NCBI GenBank assembly: GCA_009914755.4
Contig: CP068257.2
Location: forward strand, 6,752,001 to 6,816,000
Length of the DNA stretch: 64,000 nucleotides
From: the human T2T-CHM13v2.0 reference genome, Homo sapiens
Direction: 5' to 3'
The translations under genes were made by a program, and so were the position numbers. Below, piece after piece: positions 16,600 through 32,003 of this stretch. The notes beneath the pieces were generated by a model. The model saw only the letters and a list, made by a program, of their open reading frames with translations, had not been told where the DNA came from and ran no database searches. The number at the start of each line of letters is the position of its first letter. Positions within the stretch are counted from its first letter, which is position 1.

Positions 16600-19500
16600 C
16601 CGAAGGGAATGGAATGAAATGGAATGGAATGGAATGGAATCGAATGGAATCAACCCGAGTGTACTGCAACGGAATGAAATGGAATGGAATGGAATGGAAT
16701 GGAAAGGATCGGAACGGAACGGAACGGAATTGAATGGAATGGAATCAACCCAAGTGGAAAGGAATGGAATGGAATATAATGGAATAGAATGGAATAGCAT
16801 GCAATCAAATTTGGTGGAATGGTATGGAATGGTATGGAATGGAATGGAATGGAATGGAATGGAATGGAATGGAATGGAATCAACTGGAATGGAATGAAAT
16901 GGAATGGAATGGAGTGGAATGGAATGGAATGCAATGGAATCAACAAGAGTGAAATGCAATGGAATGGTATGGAATTGTATGGAATGGAATGGAATGGAAT
17001 GGAATCAACTGGAATGGAATAAAATGGAATGGAATGGAGTGGAATAGAAAGGAATGCAATGGAATCAACAAGAGTGAAATGCAATGGAATGGAATGGAAT
17101 GGGATGGAATGGAATGGAATCAACCTGAGTGGAGTAGAATGGAATGGAATGGAATGGAATGGAATGGAATGGAATGGAATGGAATCAACCTGAGTTGAAC
17201 GGAATGGAATGGAATGGAATGGAATGGAATGGAATGGAATGGTATCAACCAGAGTGGAATGGAATGGAATTGAATGGAATGGAACGGAATGGAATGCAAT
17301 GGAATCAACTGGAATGGAATGGAATTGAATGAAATGGAATGGAATCAACCTCAGTCAAATAGAATGGAATGGAATGGAATGGAATGGAATGGAATGGAAT
17401 GGAATGGAATGGAAGGGAAAGGAACGGAATGGAATCAACCCGAGTGGAATGGAATGGAATGGAATGGAATCCACCCGAGTGGAATGGAATGGAATGGAAT
17501 GCAATGGAATTGAACGGAATATAATGGAATTAAATGGAATCATCCCGTGTGGAACAGATTGGTATCTAATGCAATGGAATGGAATGGAACAGAACGGAAT
17601 GGAATGGAAGAATAGATTGAATCCAATTGGAATTGAATGGAATGGAATGGATTGGAAAGGAATGGAATGGATTGCAATGGATTGGAATGGAAATGAATGG
17701 ATTCAGCCCGAGTGGAATGTAATGGATTGGAATGGAATGGAATGGAATGGAATGGAATGGAATGGAATGGTATGGAATGAAATGGAAAGGAACGGAACAG
17801 AATCAACACAAGTGGAATGGAATGGAAAGGAATGCAATTGAATGGAATGGAATGGAATGGAATGGAATGGAATGGAATGGAATCAACCCGAGTGGAGTAG
17901 AATGGAATGGAATGGAATGAACCGCAGTGGAATGGAATGGAATGGAATGCAATAGAATGGAATGGAATGGAAAGGAATGGAATTCAATGGAATCAACCCG
18001 AGTGGAATGGAATGGTATGGAATGCAATGGAATGGAGTGGAACAGAACGGAATGGAATGGAATGGAAATGATTGAATCTGAGTGGAATTGAATGGAAGGG
18101 AAAGCATTGGAAAGGAATGGAAAGGATTCAACCCGAGTGGAATGTAATGGATTGGAATGGAGTGGAATGTAATGGAATGGATTGGAATGGAATGGAATCA
18201 ACACAAATGGAAAGGAATGGAATGGAATGGAATAGAATGGAAAGGAATGGAATGCAATGGAATGGAATGGAATGGAATGAAATGGAATAAACCCGAATGG
18301 AATGGAATGGAATGGAATGGAATGGAATGAATTGGAATAAACCCGAGTGGAATGGAATGGAATGGAATGGAAAGGAATGGAATGGAGTGGAATGGAATGG
18401 ACTGGAATGGAATGCAAAGTAATGGAATAGAACCAACCCGACTGGAATGGAATGGAATGGAATGGAAAGGAATGAATGGAATGGAATGGAATGGAATGGA
18501 ATGGTATGGAATGCAATCGGATGGAATTCAATGGAATGGAACACAATGGAATGGAATGGAATGGAATGGGCCCCAATGGAATGTAATGGAATGGAATGGA
18601 TTGGAATGGAATGGAATGGAATTAACCCGAGTGGAATGGAATGTAATGGAATGGAATGGAATGGAATCAACCCGAGTGGAAAGGAATGGCATGCAATCGA
18701 ATGGAATGGAATGGAATCAATCCAAGAGGAATGGAATGGAACGAAATGGAATGCAATGGAATGGAATGCAATGGAATGGAATGGAATGGAATGGAATGGA
18801 ATGGAATCAACCCGAGTGGAAAGGAATGGCATGCAATCGAATGGAATGGAATGGAATGGAATCAATCCAAGAGGAATGGAATGGAATGGAATGGAATGCA
18901 ATGGAATGGAATGGAATGGAATGGAATGGAATGGAATGGAATGGAAATGAATCAAACCGAGTGGAATGTAATGTAATGTAATGGAATGGAATGGAATTTA
19001 AACAATGCAATGCAATGGTATCAACTGGAATGGAATGCATTGGAATCGAATGGAATGGAATCACCCAGAGTTTAAAGGAATGGAATGGAATGGAATGGAA
19101 TGGAATGGAATGGAATGGAAAGGAATGGAATGGAATGGAAACTACAGGAACCGAAAAGAAAGAACCCGAGTGGAATGGAATGCAATGCAATGGAAAGGAA
19201 TGGAATGGAATGGAATGGAACGGAATAAAATGGAATGGAATGGAAACATCCCGAGTGGAATGGAATGACATGGAATGCAATAGAATGGAATGGAACAGAA
19301 CGGAATGAAATGGAATGGAATAGATTGAATGCGAGTGGAAATGAATGGAACGGAATGGATTGGAATGGAATGGAATGGATTGAAGTGGAATGGAATGGAA
19401 TCAACACGAATGGAATGGAACGGAATGGCAGGGATTGGAAAGGAACGGAATGGAATCAACCCGAGTGGAATGGAATGGAATGGAATCCACCCGATTGGAA

Positions 19501-22500
19501 TGAAATGGAATGCAATGTAATGGAATGCATTGGAATCAACTCGAGTGGAATGGAATGGAATGGAATGGAATGGAATGGAAGAGAATCGAATCCAATGGAA
19601 TCAACTGGAATGGAATGGAATGGAATGGAATGGAATGGAATGGAATGGAATGGAATGGAATCAATCCGGGTGGAATGGAAAGGAATGGAATGGAGTGCAC
19701 TGGAATTAAATGGAGTGGAATGGAATGGAATGGAATCAACCCGTATGGAATGGAACGGAATGGAATGGAAAGGAATGGAATGGAATGGAATGGAATGGAA
19801 TGGAATGGAATGGAACAGAATAGAATGGAATCAGCCCAAATGGGATGGAATGGAATGGAATGGAATGGAATGGAATGGAATGGAATGGAATGGAATACAA
19901 CAAAATGGAAACAACCCGTGTGGAATGGCATGGAATGGAAAGGACTTGAATATAATGGAATGGATTGGTATCAACCCGATTAGAAATTAATGGAATGGAA
20001 TGTAATAGAATTAAATGGAATGGAATAGAAAGGAATGGAATGGAACGGAATGGAATGGAATGGAATGCAATGGAATCTACACGAGTGGAATGGAATGGAA
20101 TGGAATTTAATTGAATGGAATGGAATAGAATGGTATGGAATCAACCGGAGTGGAATGGTAAAGAATGCAATGTACTGGAACGGAATGGAATGGAATAAAA
20201 TGGATTGGAATGGAAAGGAAACAACCCGAGTTGAATGGAATGGAATGGAATGGAATGGAATGGAATGGAATGGAATGGAATGGAATCAACCCGAGTGGAG
20301 TAGAATGGAATGGAATGGAATGAACCGCAGTGGAATGGAATGGAATGGAATGCAATAGAATGGAATGGAATGGAATGGAATGGAATTCAATGGAATCACC
20401 CAGAGTGGAGTGGAATGGTATGGAATGCAATGGAATGGAGTGGAACAGAACGGAATGGAATGGAATGGAAATGATTCAATCTGAGTGGAATTGAATGGAA
20501 GAGAAAGCATTGGAAAGGAATGGAAAGGATTCAACCCGAATGGAATGGAATGGATTGGAATGGAGTGGAATGGAATGGAATGGAATGGAATGGAATCAAC
20601 ACAAATGGAATGGAATGGAATGGAAGGGAATGGAATGCAATGGAATGGAATGGAATGGAATGGAATTAAATGGAATAAACCGGAATGTAATGGAATGGAA
20701 TGGAATGGAATGGAATGGAATGGAATGGAATGGAATGGAAACTACTGGAACCGAATGGAAAGAACCCGAGTGGAATGGAATGGAATGGAATGGAATGGAA
20801 TGGAATGGAATGGAACGGAATAAAATGGAATGGAATGGAATCATCCCGAGTGGAATGGAATGGCATGGAATGCAATAGAATGGAATGGAACAGAACGGAA
20901 TGAAATGGAATGGAATAGATTGAATGCGAGTGGAAATGAATGGAACGGAATGGATTGGAACGGAATGGAATGGATTGAAGTGGAATGGAATGGAATCAAC
21001 ACGAATGGAATGGAACGGAATGGCAGGGATTGGAAAGGAACGGAATGGAATCAACCCGAGTGGAATGGAATGGAATGGAATCCACCCGATTGGAATGAAA
21101 TGGAATGGAATGTAATGGAATGCATTGGAATCAACTCGAGTGGAATGGAATGGAATGGAATGGAATGGAATGGAACAGAAATGAATCCAATGGAATCAAC
21201 TGGAATGGAATGGAATGGAATGGAATGGAATGGAATGGAATGGAATGGAATGGAATGGAATCAATCCGGGTGGAATGGAATGGAATGGAATGGAGTGCAC
21301 TGGAATTGAATGGAGTGGAATGGAATGGAATGGAATCAACCCGTATGGAATGGAACGGAATGGAATGGAAAGGAATGGAATGGAATGGAATGGAATGGAA
21401 CAGAATAGAATGGAATCAGCCCAAATGGGATGGAATGGAATGGAATGGAATGGAATGGAATGGAATGGAATGGAATGGAATGGAATTCTATGGAATCAAC
21501 CGTAGTGTAATGTAAATGAATGGAATATAATGGAATGGAATGGAAGGGAATGGAATCAACCCAAGTGCATTGGAATGGAATGGAATGCAACGGAATCAAC
21601 CCGAGAGTAATGGAATGGAAAGCAATTGAATGGAATGGAAAGGAATGGAATGGAATCAACCCGACAGGAATGGAATGGAATGGTATGGAATCAAACCGAG
21701 TGGAATGGAATGGAATGGAATGGAAAGGAATGCAATGGAATGGAATGGAAAGGAATGGAATGGAATGGAATGGAAAGAACCCGAATGGAAAGGAATGGAA
21801 TGGAATTGAATGGATTGGAATGGAATGGAATTGAATCAACCCGAGTGGAATGGAATGGAATCGAGTGGAGTTGAATGGAATGGAATGGAATGGAATAAAA
21901 TAAACCCGAATGGAATGGAATGGAATGGAATGGAATGGAATGGAATGGAATGGAAAGGAATCAACCTGAGTGGAGTGGAATGGAATGGAATTTCATGAAA
22001 TGGAATGGAATGGAATGGTATGGAATAAACACGAGTGGAATGGTATGGAATGCAAAGGAATGGAACGGAATGGAATGGAATAAAATGGAATGGAATGGAA
22101 TGGAATCAACTCGAGTGAAATGGAATGGAATGAAATGGAATGGAAAGGAATGAAATCAACCGGAGTGCAGTGGAATGGAATGGAGTAGAATGGAATGGAA
22201 TGGAATGGAATGGAATGGAATGGAATGGAATGGAATGGAATGGCATGGAATGGAATGCAATGGAATACAACAAAATGGAAACAACCCGTGTGGAATGGCA
22301 TGGAATGGAAAGGACTTGAATATAATGGAATGGATTGGTATCAACCCGATTAGAAATTAATGGAATGGAATGTAATAGAATTGAATGGAATGTAATAGAA
22401 TTAAATGGAATGGAATAGAATGGAATGGAACGGAACGGAATGGAATGGAATGGAATGGAATGGAATGGAATGGAATGGAATGGAATCTACACGAGTGGAA

Positions 22501-25500
22501 TGGAATGGAATGGAATTTAATGGAATGGAATGGAATAGAATGGTATGGAATCAACCCGAGTGGAATGGTAAAGAATGCAATGTAATGGAACGGAATAGAA
22601 TGGAATAAAATGGATTGGAATGGAATGGAAACAACCCGAGTTGAATGGCATGGAATGGAATGGAATAGAATGGAATGGAATGGAGTAACCGGAGTGGAAT
22701 GGAATGGAATGCAGTGTAATGGAATGGAATAGAATGGAATGGAATGAAATGGAATGGAATAGAATGAAATGGAAAGGAATGGAATAGAAACAACCCGAGT
22801 GGAATGGAAAGGAATGGAATCCACCCGAGTGGAATGGAATGCAATGGAATGGAACGGAATATAATGGAATTGAAAGGAATCATCCCGAGTGGAATGGAAT
22901 GGTATCTAATGCAATGGAGTGGAATGGAACAGAACGGAATGGAATGGAAAGAATAGATTGAATCCAAGTGGAATTGAATGGAATGAAATGGATTGGAAAG
23001 GAATGGAATGGATTGGTATGGAAAGGAATGGATTTAACCCGAGTGGAATGTAATGGATTGGAATGGAGTGGAATGGAATGGAATGGAATCAACACGAATG
23101 GAATGGAACGGAATGGAACGGAATGGAATGGAATGGTATGGAATGAAATAGAAAGGAACGGAATAGAATCAACCCAAGTGGAATGGAATTGAATGGAATG
23201 GAAGGGAATCAACACGAGTGGAATTGAATGGAAAGGAATGCAATGGAATGGAATGGAATGGAATGGAATGGAATGGAATCAACCCGAGTGGAATGGAATG
23301 GAATGGAATGCAATAGAATGGAATGGAATGGAATGGAATGGAATGGAATTCAATGGAATCAAACCGAGTGGAATGGAATGCTATGGAATGCAATGGAATG
23401 GAGTGGAACAGAACGGAATGGAATTGAATGGAATTGACTGAATCCGAGTGGAATTGAACGGAAGGGAATGCATTGGAATGGAATGGAAAGGATTCAACCC
23501 GAGTGGAATGAAATGGAATGGAGTGGAGTGGAAAGGAATGGTATGGATTGGAATGGAATGGAATGGAATCAACACAAAGGGAATGGAATGGAATGGAATA
23601 GAATGGAAAGGAATGGAATGGAATGGTATGGAATGCAATGTAATGGAATGGAATGGAATGAAATGGAATAAACCCGAATGTAATGGAATGGAATGGAATG
23701 GAACGGATTGGAATGGAATGGAATGGAATGGAATGGAATGGAATGGAGTGGAATGGAATGGAAATCAGTCAAACCGAGTGGAATGTAATGGAATGCAATG
23801 GAATGGAATGGAAAGAGTGCAAAGCAATGCTATCAAAGGGAATGAAATGCATTGGAATGGAATGGAATGGAATCACCCTGAGTGGAAAGGAATGCAGTGG
23901 AATGGAATGGAAAGGATGGAATGGAAAGGAAACTAATGGAACGGAATGGAAACAACCCGAGTGGCATGGAATGCATTGGAATGGAATGGAATGGAATGGA
24001 ATGGAATACAACAAAATGGAAACAACACGAGTGAAATGGCATGGAATGGAAATGACTTGAATATAATGGAATGGATTGGAATCAACCCGATTAGAAACTA
24101 ATGGAATGGAATGGAATGGAATGGAACGGAATGGAATCTACACATGTGGAATGGAAAGTAATGGAATTAAATGGATTGGAATGGAATGTAATGGAATGGA
24201 ACGGAATGGAATGGAATGGAATGGAATCTACCCGAGTGGAATGGAATGGAATGGAATTTCATGGAATGAAATGGAATAGAATGGTATGGAATCAACCCGA
24301 GTGGAATGGTAAAGAATGCAATGTAATGGAACGGAATGGAATGGAATAAAATGGAATGGAATGGAATGGAAACAACCCGAGTTGAATGGAATGGAATGGA
24401 ATGGAATGGAATAACCGGAGAAAAATGGAATGGAATGCAGTGTAATGGAATGGAATAGAATGGAATGGAATGGAAAGGAATGGAATAGAATGAAATGGAA
24501 AGGAATGGAATAGAAACAACCCGAGTGGAATGGAATGGAATGGATTCCACCCGAGTGGAATGGAATGGAATGGAATGGAAAGGAATACAATGGAATGGAA
24601 TGGAACCGTCCCGAGTGGAATGGAATGGTATGGAATGCAATAGAATGTAATGGAACAGAACGGAATGAAATGGAATGGAATAGATTGAATGCGAGTGGAA
24701 TTGAATGGAACGGAATGGATTGGAATGGAATGGAATGGATTGGAGTGGAATGGAATGGAATCAACACGAATGGAACGGAATGGAATGGCATGGATTGGAA
24801 AGGAACGGAATGGAATCAACCCAAGTGGAATGGAATGGAATGGAATCCACCCGATTGGAATGAAATGGAATGGAATGGAATGGAATGTATTGGAATCAAC
24901 TCGAGTGGAATGGAATGGAATGGAATGGAATGGAATGGAATGGAATGGAATGGAACAGAATCGAATCCAATGGAATCAACTGGAATGGAATGGAATGGAA
25001 TGGAATAAATCCGGGTGGAATGGAATGGAATGTAATGGAGTGCACTGGAATTGAATGGAGTGGAATGGAATGGAATGGAATGGAAAGGAATGGAATCAAC
25101 CCGTATGGAATGGAACGGAATGGAATGGAAAGGAAGGGAATGGAATGGAATGGAACAGAATAGAATGGAATCAGCCCGAATGGGATGGAATGGAATGGAA
25201 TGGAATAGAATGGAATGGAATGGAATGGAATGGAATGGAATGGAATGGAATTCTATGGAATCAACCGTAGTGTAATGTAAATGAATGGAATATAATGGAA
25301 TGGAATGGAAGGGAATGGAATCAACCCAAGTGCATTGGAATGGAATGGAATGCAACGGAATCAACCCGAGAGTAATGGAATGGAAAGGAATGGAATGGAA
25401 TGGAAAGAAATGGAATGGAATCAACCCGACAGGAATGGAATGGAATGGTATGGAATCAAACCGAGTGGAATGGAATGGAATGGAATGGAATGGAATGGAA

Positions 25501-28500
25501 TGGAATGGAATGGAATGGAATTTAATGGAGTGCTATGGAATCAACCCGAGTGGAATGGAATGGAATGGAATGGAATGGAATGGAATGGAATGGGATGGAA
25601 TGGAATGCAATGGAATGGAATGGAATGGAATGGAATGGAATGAACCCGAATGGAATGGAATGGAATGGAATTGAATGGATTGCAATGGAATGGAATTGAT
25701 TCAACCCGAGTGGAATGGAATGGAATCGAGTGGAGTTGAATGGAATGGAGTGGAATGGAATGGAATGGAATGGAATGAAATAAACCCGAATGGAATGGAA
25801 TGGAATGGAATGGAATGGAATGGAATGGAATGGAAAGGAATCAACCCGAGTGGAGTGGAATGGAATGGAATTTCATGAAATGGAATGGAATGGAATGGTA
25901 TGGAATAAACACGACTGGAATGGTATGGAATGGAACGGAATGGAATGGAATAAAATGGAATGGAATGGAATGGAATCAACTCGAGTGAAATGGAATGGAA
26001 TGAAATGGAATGGAAAGGAATGTAATCAACCGGAGTGGAGTGGAATGGAATGGAGTAGAATGGAATGGAATGGAATGGAATGGAATGGAATGGAATGGAA
26101 TGGAATGCAATGGAACACAACAAAATGGAAAAAACCCGAGTGGAATGGCATGGAATGGAAAGGACTTGAATATAATGGAATGGATTGGTATCATCCCGAT
26201 TAGAAATTAATGGAATGGAATGGAATGGAAAGGAATGGAATGGAATGGAACCTACACAAGTGGAATGGAATGAAATGGAAATAAATGGAATGGAATAGAA
26301 TGGAAAGGAATGGAACGGAATGGAATGGAATGGAATGGAATCTACACGAGTGGAATGGAATGGAATGGAATTTAATGGAATGGAATGGAATAGAATGGTA
26401 TGGAATCAACCCGACTGGAATGGTAAAGAATGCAATGTAATGGAACGGAATGGAATGGAATAAAATGGAATGGAATGGAATGGAAACAACCCGAGTTGAA
26501 TGGAATGGAATGGAATAACCGGAGAGGAATGGAATGGAATGCAGGGTAATGGAATGGAATAGAATGGAATGGAATGGAATGGAATAGAATGAAATGGAAA
26601 GGAATGGAATAGAAACAACCCGAGTGGAATGGAATGGAATGGAATCCACCCGAGTGGAATGGAATGCAATGGAATTGAACGGAATATAATGGAATTGAAT
26701 AGAATCATCCTGAGTGGAATGGAATGGTATCTAATGCAATGGAGTGGAATGGAACAGAACTGAATGGGATGGAAAGAATAGATTGAATCCAAGTGGAATT
26801 GAATGGAATGAAATGGATTCGAAAGGAATGGAATGGATTGGAATGGATTGGAATGGAAAGGAATGGATTCAACCCGAGTGGAATGTAATGGATTGGAATG
26901 GAGTGGAATGGAATGGAATGGAATCAACACGAATGGAATGGAACGGAATGGAATGGAATGGTATGGAATGAAATAGAAAGGAACGGAATAGAATCAACCA
27001 AAGTGGAATGGAATGGAATGGAATGGAAGGGAATCAACACGAGTGGAATTGAATGGAAAGGAATGCAATGGAATGGAATGGAATGGAATGGAATGGAATG
27101 GAATGGAATTCAATGGAATCAACCCGAGTGGAATGGAATGCTATGGAATGCAATGGAATGGAGTGGAACAGAACGGAATGGAATTGCATGGAATTGATTG
27201 AATCCGAGTGGAATTGAACGGAAGGGAATGCATTGGAATGGAATGGAAAGGATTCAACCCGAGTGGAATGTAATGGAATGGAGTGGAGTGGAATGGAATG
27301 GTATGGATTGGAATGGAATGGAATGGAATGGAATCAACACAAAGGGAATGGAATGGAATGGAATAGAATGGAAAGGAATGGAATGGAATGGTATGGAATG
27401 TAATGTAATGGAATGGAATGGAATGAAATGGAATCAACCGGAATGGAATGGAATGGAATGGAATGGAAATGAATCAAACCGAGTGGAATGGAATGGAATG
27501 GAATGGAAACAATGCCATGCAATGGTATCAACGGGAATGGAATGCATTGGAATGGAATGGAATGGAATCACCCTGAGTGGATAGGAAAGGAATGGAAGGG
27601 AATGGAAAGGAATGGAATGGAATGGAAACTAATGGAAGGGAATGGAAACAACCCGAGTGGAATGGAATGGAATGGAATGGAATGGAATGGAATGGAATGG
27701 AATACAACAAAATGGAAACAACCCGAGTGGAATGGCATGGAATGGAAAGGACCTGAATATAATGGAATGGATTGGAATCAACCCGATTAGAAACTAATGG
27801 AATGGAATGGAATGGAATGGAATGGAATGGAATGGAATGGATTGGAATTTACCCGAATGGAATGGAATGTAATGAAATTAAATGGAATGGAAAGGAATGG
27901 AAAGGAATGGAATGGAATCTACACGAGTGGAATGGAATTGAATTGAATTTAATGGAATTGAACGGAATACAATGATATGGAATCAACCCGTGTGGAATGG
28001 TATAGAATGTAATGTAATGGAATGGAATGGAATAAAATGGAATGGACTGGAATGGAAACAAAACGAGTGGAACGGAATGGAATAACCTGAGAGGAATGGA
28101 ATGGAATGGAGTGGAATGGAATGGAATAGAATGGAATGGAATGGAATGGAATAGAATGAAATTGAAAGGAATGGAATGGAAACAACCCGTGTGGAATGGA
28201 ATGGAAAGGAATCAACCTGAAGGGTATGGAATGGAATGGAATGGAATGGAATGGAATGGAATGGAATGGAATCAACCAGAGTGGAATGCAATGGAATGAA
28301 ATGGAATTGAAATGAATGGAATGGAACGGAATGGAACGGAACGGAATTGAATCGAATGGAATCAACCCAAATTGAAAGGAATGGAATGGAATGGACTGGA
28401 ATGGAATGGAATGGAATGGAATGGAATGGAATGGATTGGAATGGATTCAACACAAATGGAATGGAATGGAACGGAATGGAATAGAATGGAAAGGAGTGGA

Positions 28501-31500
28501 ATGCAATTGAATGGAATGAAATGGAATAAACCCGAATGGAATGGAATGGAATGGAATGGAATGGAATTGAGTGGAATGGAATAAACACCAGTGGAATGAA
28601 ATGGAATGGAATGGAATGGAATGAAATCAACACGAGTAGAACGGAACGGAATGGAATGGAATGGAAAGGAATGGAATCAACTGGAATGGAATGAAATGGA
28701 ATGGAATGGAGTGGAATGTAATGGAATGCAATGGAATCAACAAGAGTGAAATGCAAAGGAATGGAATGGAATGGAATGGAATGGAATGGAATGGAATACA
28801 ACAAAATGGAAAGAACTCGAGTGGAATGGCAAGGAATGGAAAGGACTTGAATAAAATGGAATGGATTGGAATCAACCCGATTAGAAACTAGTGGAAAGGA
28901 ATGGAATGGAATGGAATCTGCCCGAGTGGAATGGAATGGAATGGAATTGAATGGAATGGAATGGAGTGGAATAGAATAGAATGGAATGGAATGGAACGGA
29001 ATGGAAGGGAATTGAATGGAATAGAATGGAATCGAATCTACCCGAGTGGAATGGAATGGAAAGGAATTTAATGGAATGGAAAGGAATGGAATGGAATGGA
29101 ATGGAATGGAATGGAATGGAATGGAATGGAATAAACACCAGTGGAATGAAATGGAATGGAATGGAATGGAATGCAATGGAATGGAATGGAATGGAGTGGA
29201 ATGGAATAAACACCAGTGGAATGAAATGGAATGGAATGGAATGGAATGCAATGGAATGGAATGGAATGGAATGGAATGGAATGGAATGGAATGGAAACTA
29301 CTGGAATGGAATGGAAACAACCCGAGTGGAATGGAATGCAATGGAATGGAATGGAATGGAATGACACGGAATGGAATGGAATGGACTGGAATGGAATTTA
29401 AAGGAATGGAATGGAACCAACCCGACTGGAATGGAATGGAATGTAAAGCAGTGAATGGAATGTAATGGAATGAAATGGAATGGAATGGAATGGTATGCAA
29501 TGCAGTGGAATGGATTTGAATGGAATGGAACGGAACGGAACGGAATGGAATGGAATGGAATGGAATGGAATGGAATGGAATGGACACCAATGGAATGGAA
29601 TGGAATGGAATGGAATTGAATGGAATGGAATGGAATGGATTGGAATGGATGGGAATGGAATGGAACGGAATTAACCGGAGTGGAATGCAATGGAATGGAA
29701 TGGAGTGGAATGGAATCAACCCGAGTGGAATGGAATGGAATGGAATGGAATGGAATGGAATGGAATGGAATGGAATCAACACGAATGGACTGGAACGGAA
29801 TGGAATGGAATGGATTGGAATGGAATGGAATGGAATGGAATGGAATAGTATGGTATGGAATGAAATGGAAAGGAACAGAATGGAATCAACCCAAGTGGAG
29901 TGGAATAGAATGGAATGGAAGGGAATCAATACGAGTCAAATGGAATGGAGTGGAATGCAATGGAATGGAATGGAATGAAATGAAATGGAATGTAATGGAA
30001 TGGAATGGAATTCAAGGGAATCAATCCGAGTGGAATGGAATGGTATGGAATGCAATGGAATGGAGTGGAACAGAACGGAATGGAATGGAATGGAATTGAT
30101 TGAATCCGAATGGAATTGAATGGAAGGGAATGCATTGGAATGGAATAGAAAGGATTCAACCCGAGTGGAAAGTAATGGATTGGAATGGAATGGAAAGGAA
30201 TAGAATGGAATCAACACAAATGGAATGGAATGGAATGGAATGGAAAGGAATGGATTGCAATGGAATGGAATGGAATGGAATGGAATGGAATGCAATGCAA
30301 TGGAATGGAATGGAATGCAATGCAATGGAATGGAATGGAATAAACCCGAATGGAATGGAATGGAATGGAATGCAATGCCATGGAATGGAATGGAATGGAG
30401 TGGAATGGAATAAACAGAAGTGGAATGAATTGGAATGGAATGAAATGGAATGGAATGGAATGGAATGGACTGGAATGAAATAAACCCGAGTAGAATGGAA
30501 CGGAATGGATTGGAATGGAAAGGAATTGAATAAACTGGAATGGAATGAAATGGAATGGAAGGGAGTGGAATGGAATGGAATACAATGGAATCAACACGAG
30601 TGGAATGCAATGCAACGGAAGGGAAAGGAATGGAATGGAACGGAACCAACCCGAGTGGAGTGGAATAAAGTGGAATGGAATGGAGTATGATCAACCTGAG
30701 TGGAACGGAATGCAATGGAATGGAATGGAATGGAATGGTTTCAATCAGAGTGGAATGGAATGGAATGGAATGGAACGGAATGGAATGCAATGGATGTAAC
30801 TGGAATGGAATGGAATGGAATGGAATGGAATGGAATGGAATGGAATGGAACGGAATCAACATGAGTCAAATGGAATGGAATGGAATGGAATGGAATGGAG
30901 TCAACACGAATGGACTGGAACGTAATGGAATGGAATGGAATGGAATGGTATGGTTTGGAATGAAATGGAAAGGAACGGAATGGAATCAACCCAAGTGGAG
31001 TGGAATAGAATGGAATGGAAGGGAATGAAGACGAGTCAAATGGAATGGAATGGAATGGAATGGAATGGAATGGAAAGGAATGGAATGCAATGAAATGGAA
31101 TGGAATGGAATGGAATGGAATGCAATGGAATGGAATGGAATTCAGTGAAATGGAATGGAATAGAATGGAATGGAATAGAATGGAATCTACTGTAATGGAA
31201 TGGAAACAACCAGAGTGGAATGGAATGGAATGGAATGGAATGGAATGGAATGGAATGGAATGGAATGGAAAGGAACGGAATGTAAAGGAATGGAATGGAA
31301 TCAACCCGACTGGAATGGAATGGAATGGAAAGGAATGAATGGAATGAATGGAATGGAATGGAATGGAATGGAATGGAATGGAATTGTATGGAATACAATG
31401 ATATGGAATTGAATGGAATGGAACGGAATGGAACGGAATGGAATGGAATGGACCCCAATGGAATGGAATGGAATGGAATGGATTGGAATGGAATGGAACG

Positions 31501-32003
31501 GAATTAACCCGAGTGGAATGGAATGGAATGGAATGGAGTGGAATGGAATGGAATGGAATGGAATGGAATGGAATGGAAAGGAATCAACCCGAGTGGAATG
31601 CAATGAAATGGAATGCAATGGAATGGAATGGTATGGAATCAACCCTAGTGAAATGGTATGGAATGGAATGGAATGGAACAGAATGGAATGGAATCATCCC
31701 GAATGGAATGGAAAGGAATGGAGAGGAATGGTACGGTATGGAATGGAATGGAAAGGAATCAACCCGAAGGTTATGGAATGGAATGCAATGGAATGGAATG
31801 GAATCAACCCGAGTGGAATGCAATCGAATAAAATGGAATGGAATGAAACGGAAAGGAACGGAATGGAACGGAATTGAAAGGAATGGAATCAAACCGAGTG
31901 GAAAGGAATGGAATGGAATGAAATGCAATGGTGTGGAATGGAACGGATAGGAATAACATGCAATCGACTTTAGTGGAATGGTATGGAATGGAATAATATG
32001 CAA
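16600..32003. repeat. Higher-order repeat unit copy 1 (~15.4 kb; A block ~16.6-24.1 kb plus B block 24.08-32.0 kb). The first ~0.6 kb is diverged relative to later copies.
   Basis: 17185-24075 matches 40475-47396 at offset ~23,290-23,321. 24076-32003 matches 47397-55285 at offset 23,321-23,346. The match holds over long identical stretches. Examples are the spurious ORF translations 24228-24791 vs 47549-48112 and 24816-25424 vs 48137-48745, each identical over 187-202 codons. Confidence 0.7.

Noticed and set aside
19141-19170. Short A-rich non-GGAAT stretch CTACAGGAACCGAAAAGAAAGAACCCGAG. It recurs at ~20741, 42421, 44041, 57821 and 59441, raising the question of a possible transposon fragment or poly-A tail.
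   Set aside because: It is only ~25 bp long and still derivable from GGAAT/CAACCCGAGT by a few substitutions. It recurs at the same position in each higher-order unit, so it is a diverged satellite monomer. No SINE/LINE hallmarks are present: no target-site duplication, no long poly-A, no A/B boxes.
27983-29929. 648-codon minus-strand ORF. Similar long ORFs occur at 4625-6133 (502 aa), 36213-37097, 51558-52592, 10598-11554 and 59752-60660.
   Set aside because: The translations are monotonous pentapeptide repeats: IPFHS on the minus strand and MEWNG on the + strand. They arise because a 5-bp repeat read in triplets has a 15-bp period and (ATTCC)n contains no stop codon in that frame. ORF length only reflects the distance between chance point mutations. 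There is no start context and no codon-usage signal, and the same 'protein' is repeated dozens of times. These are not genes.
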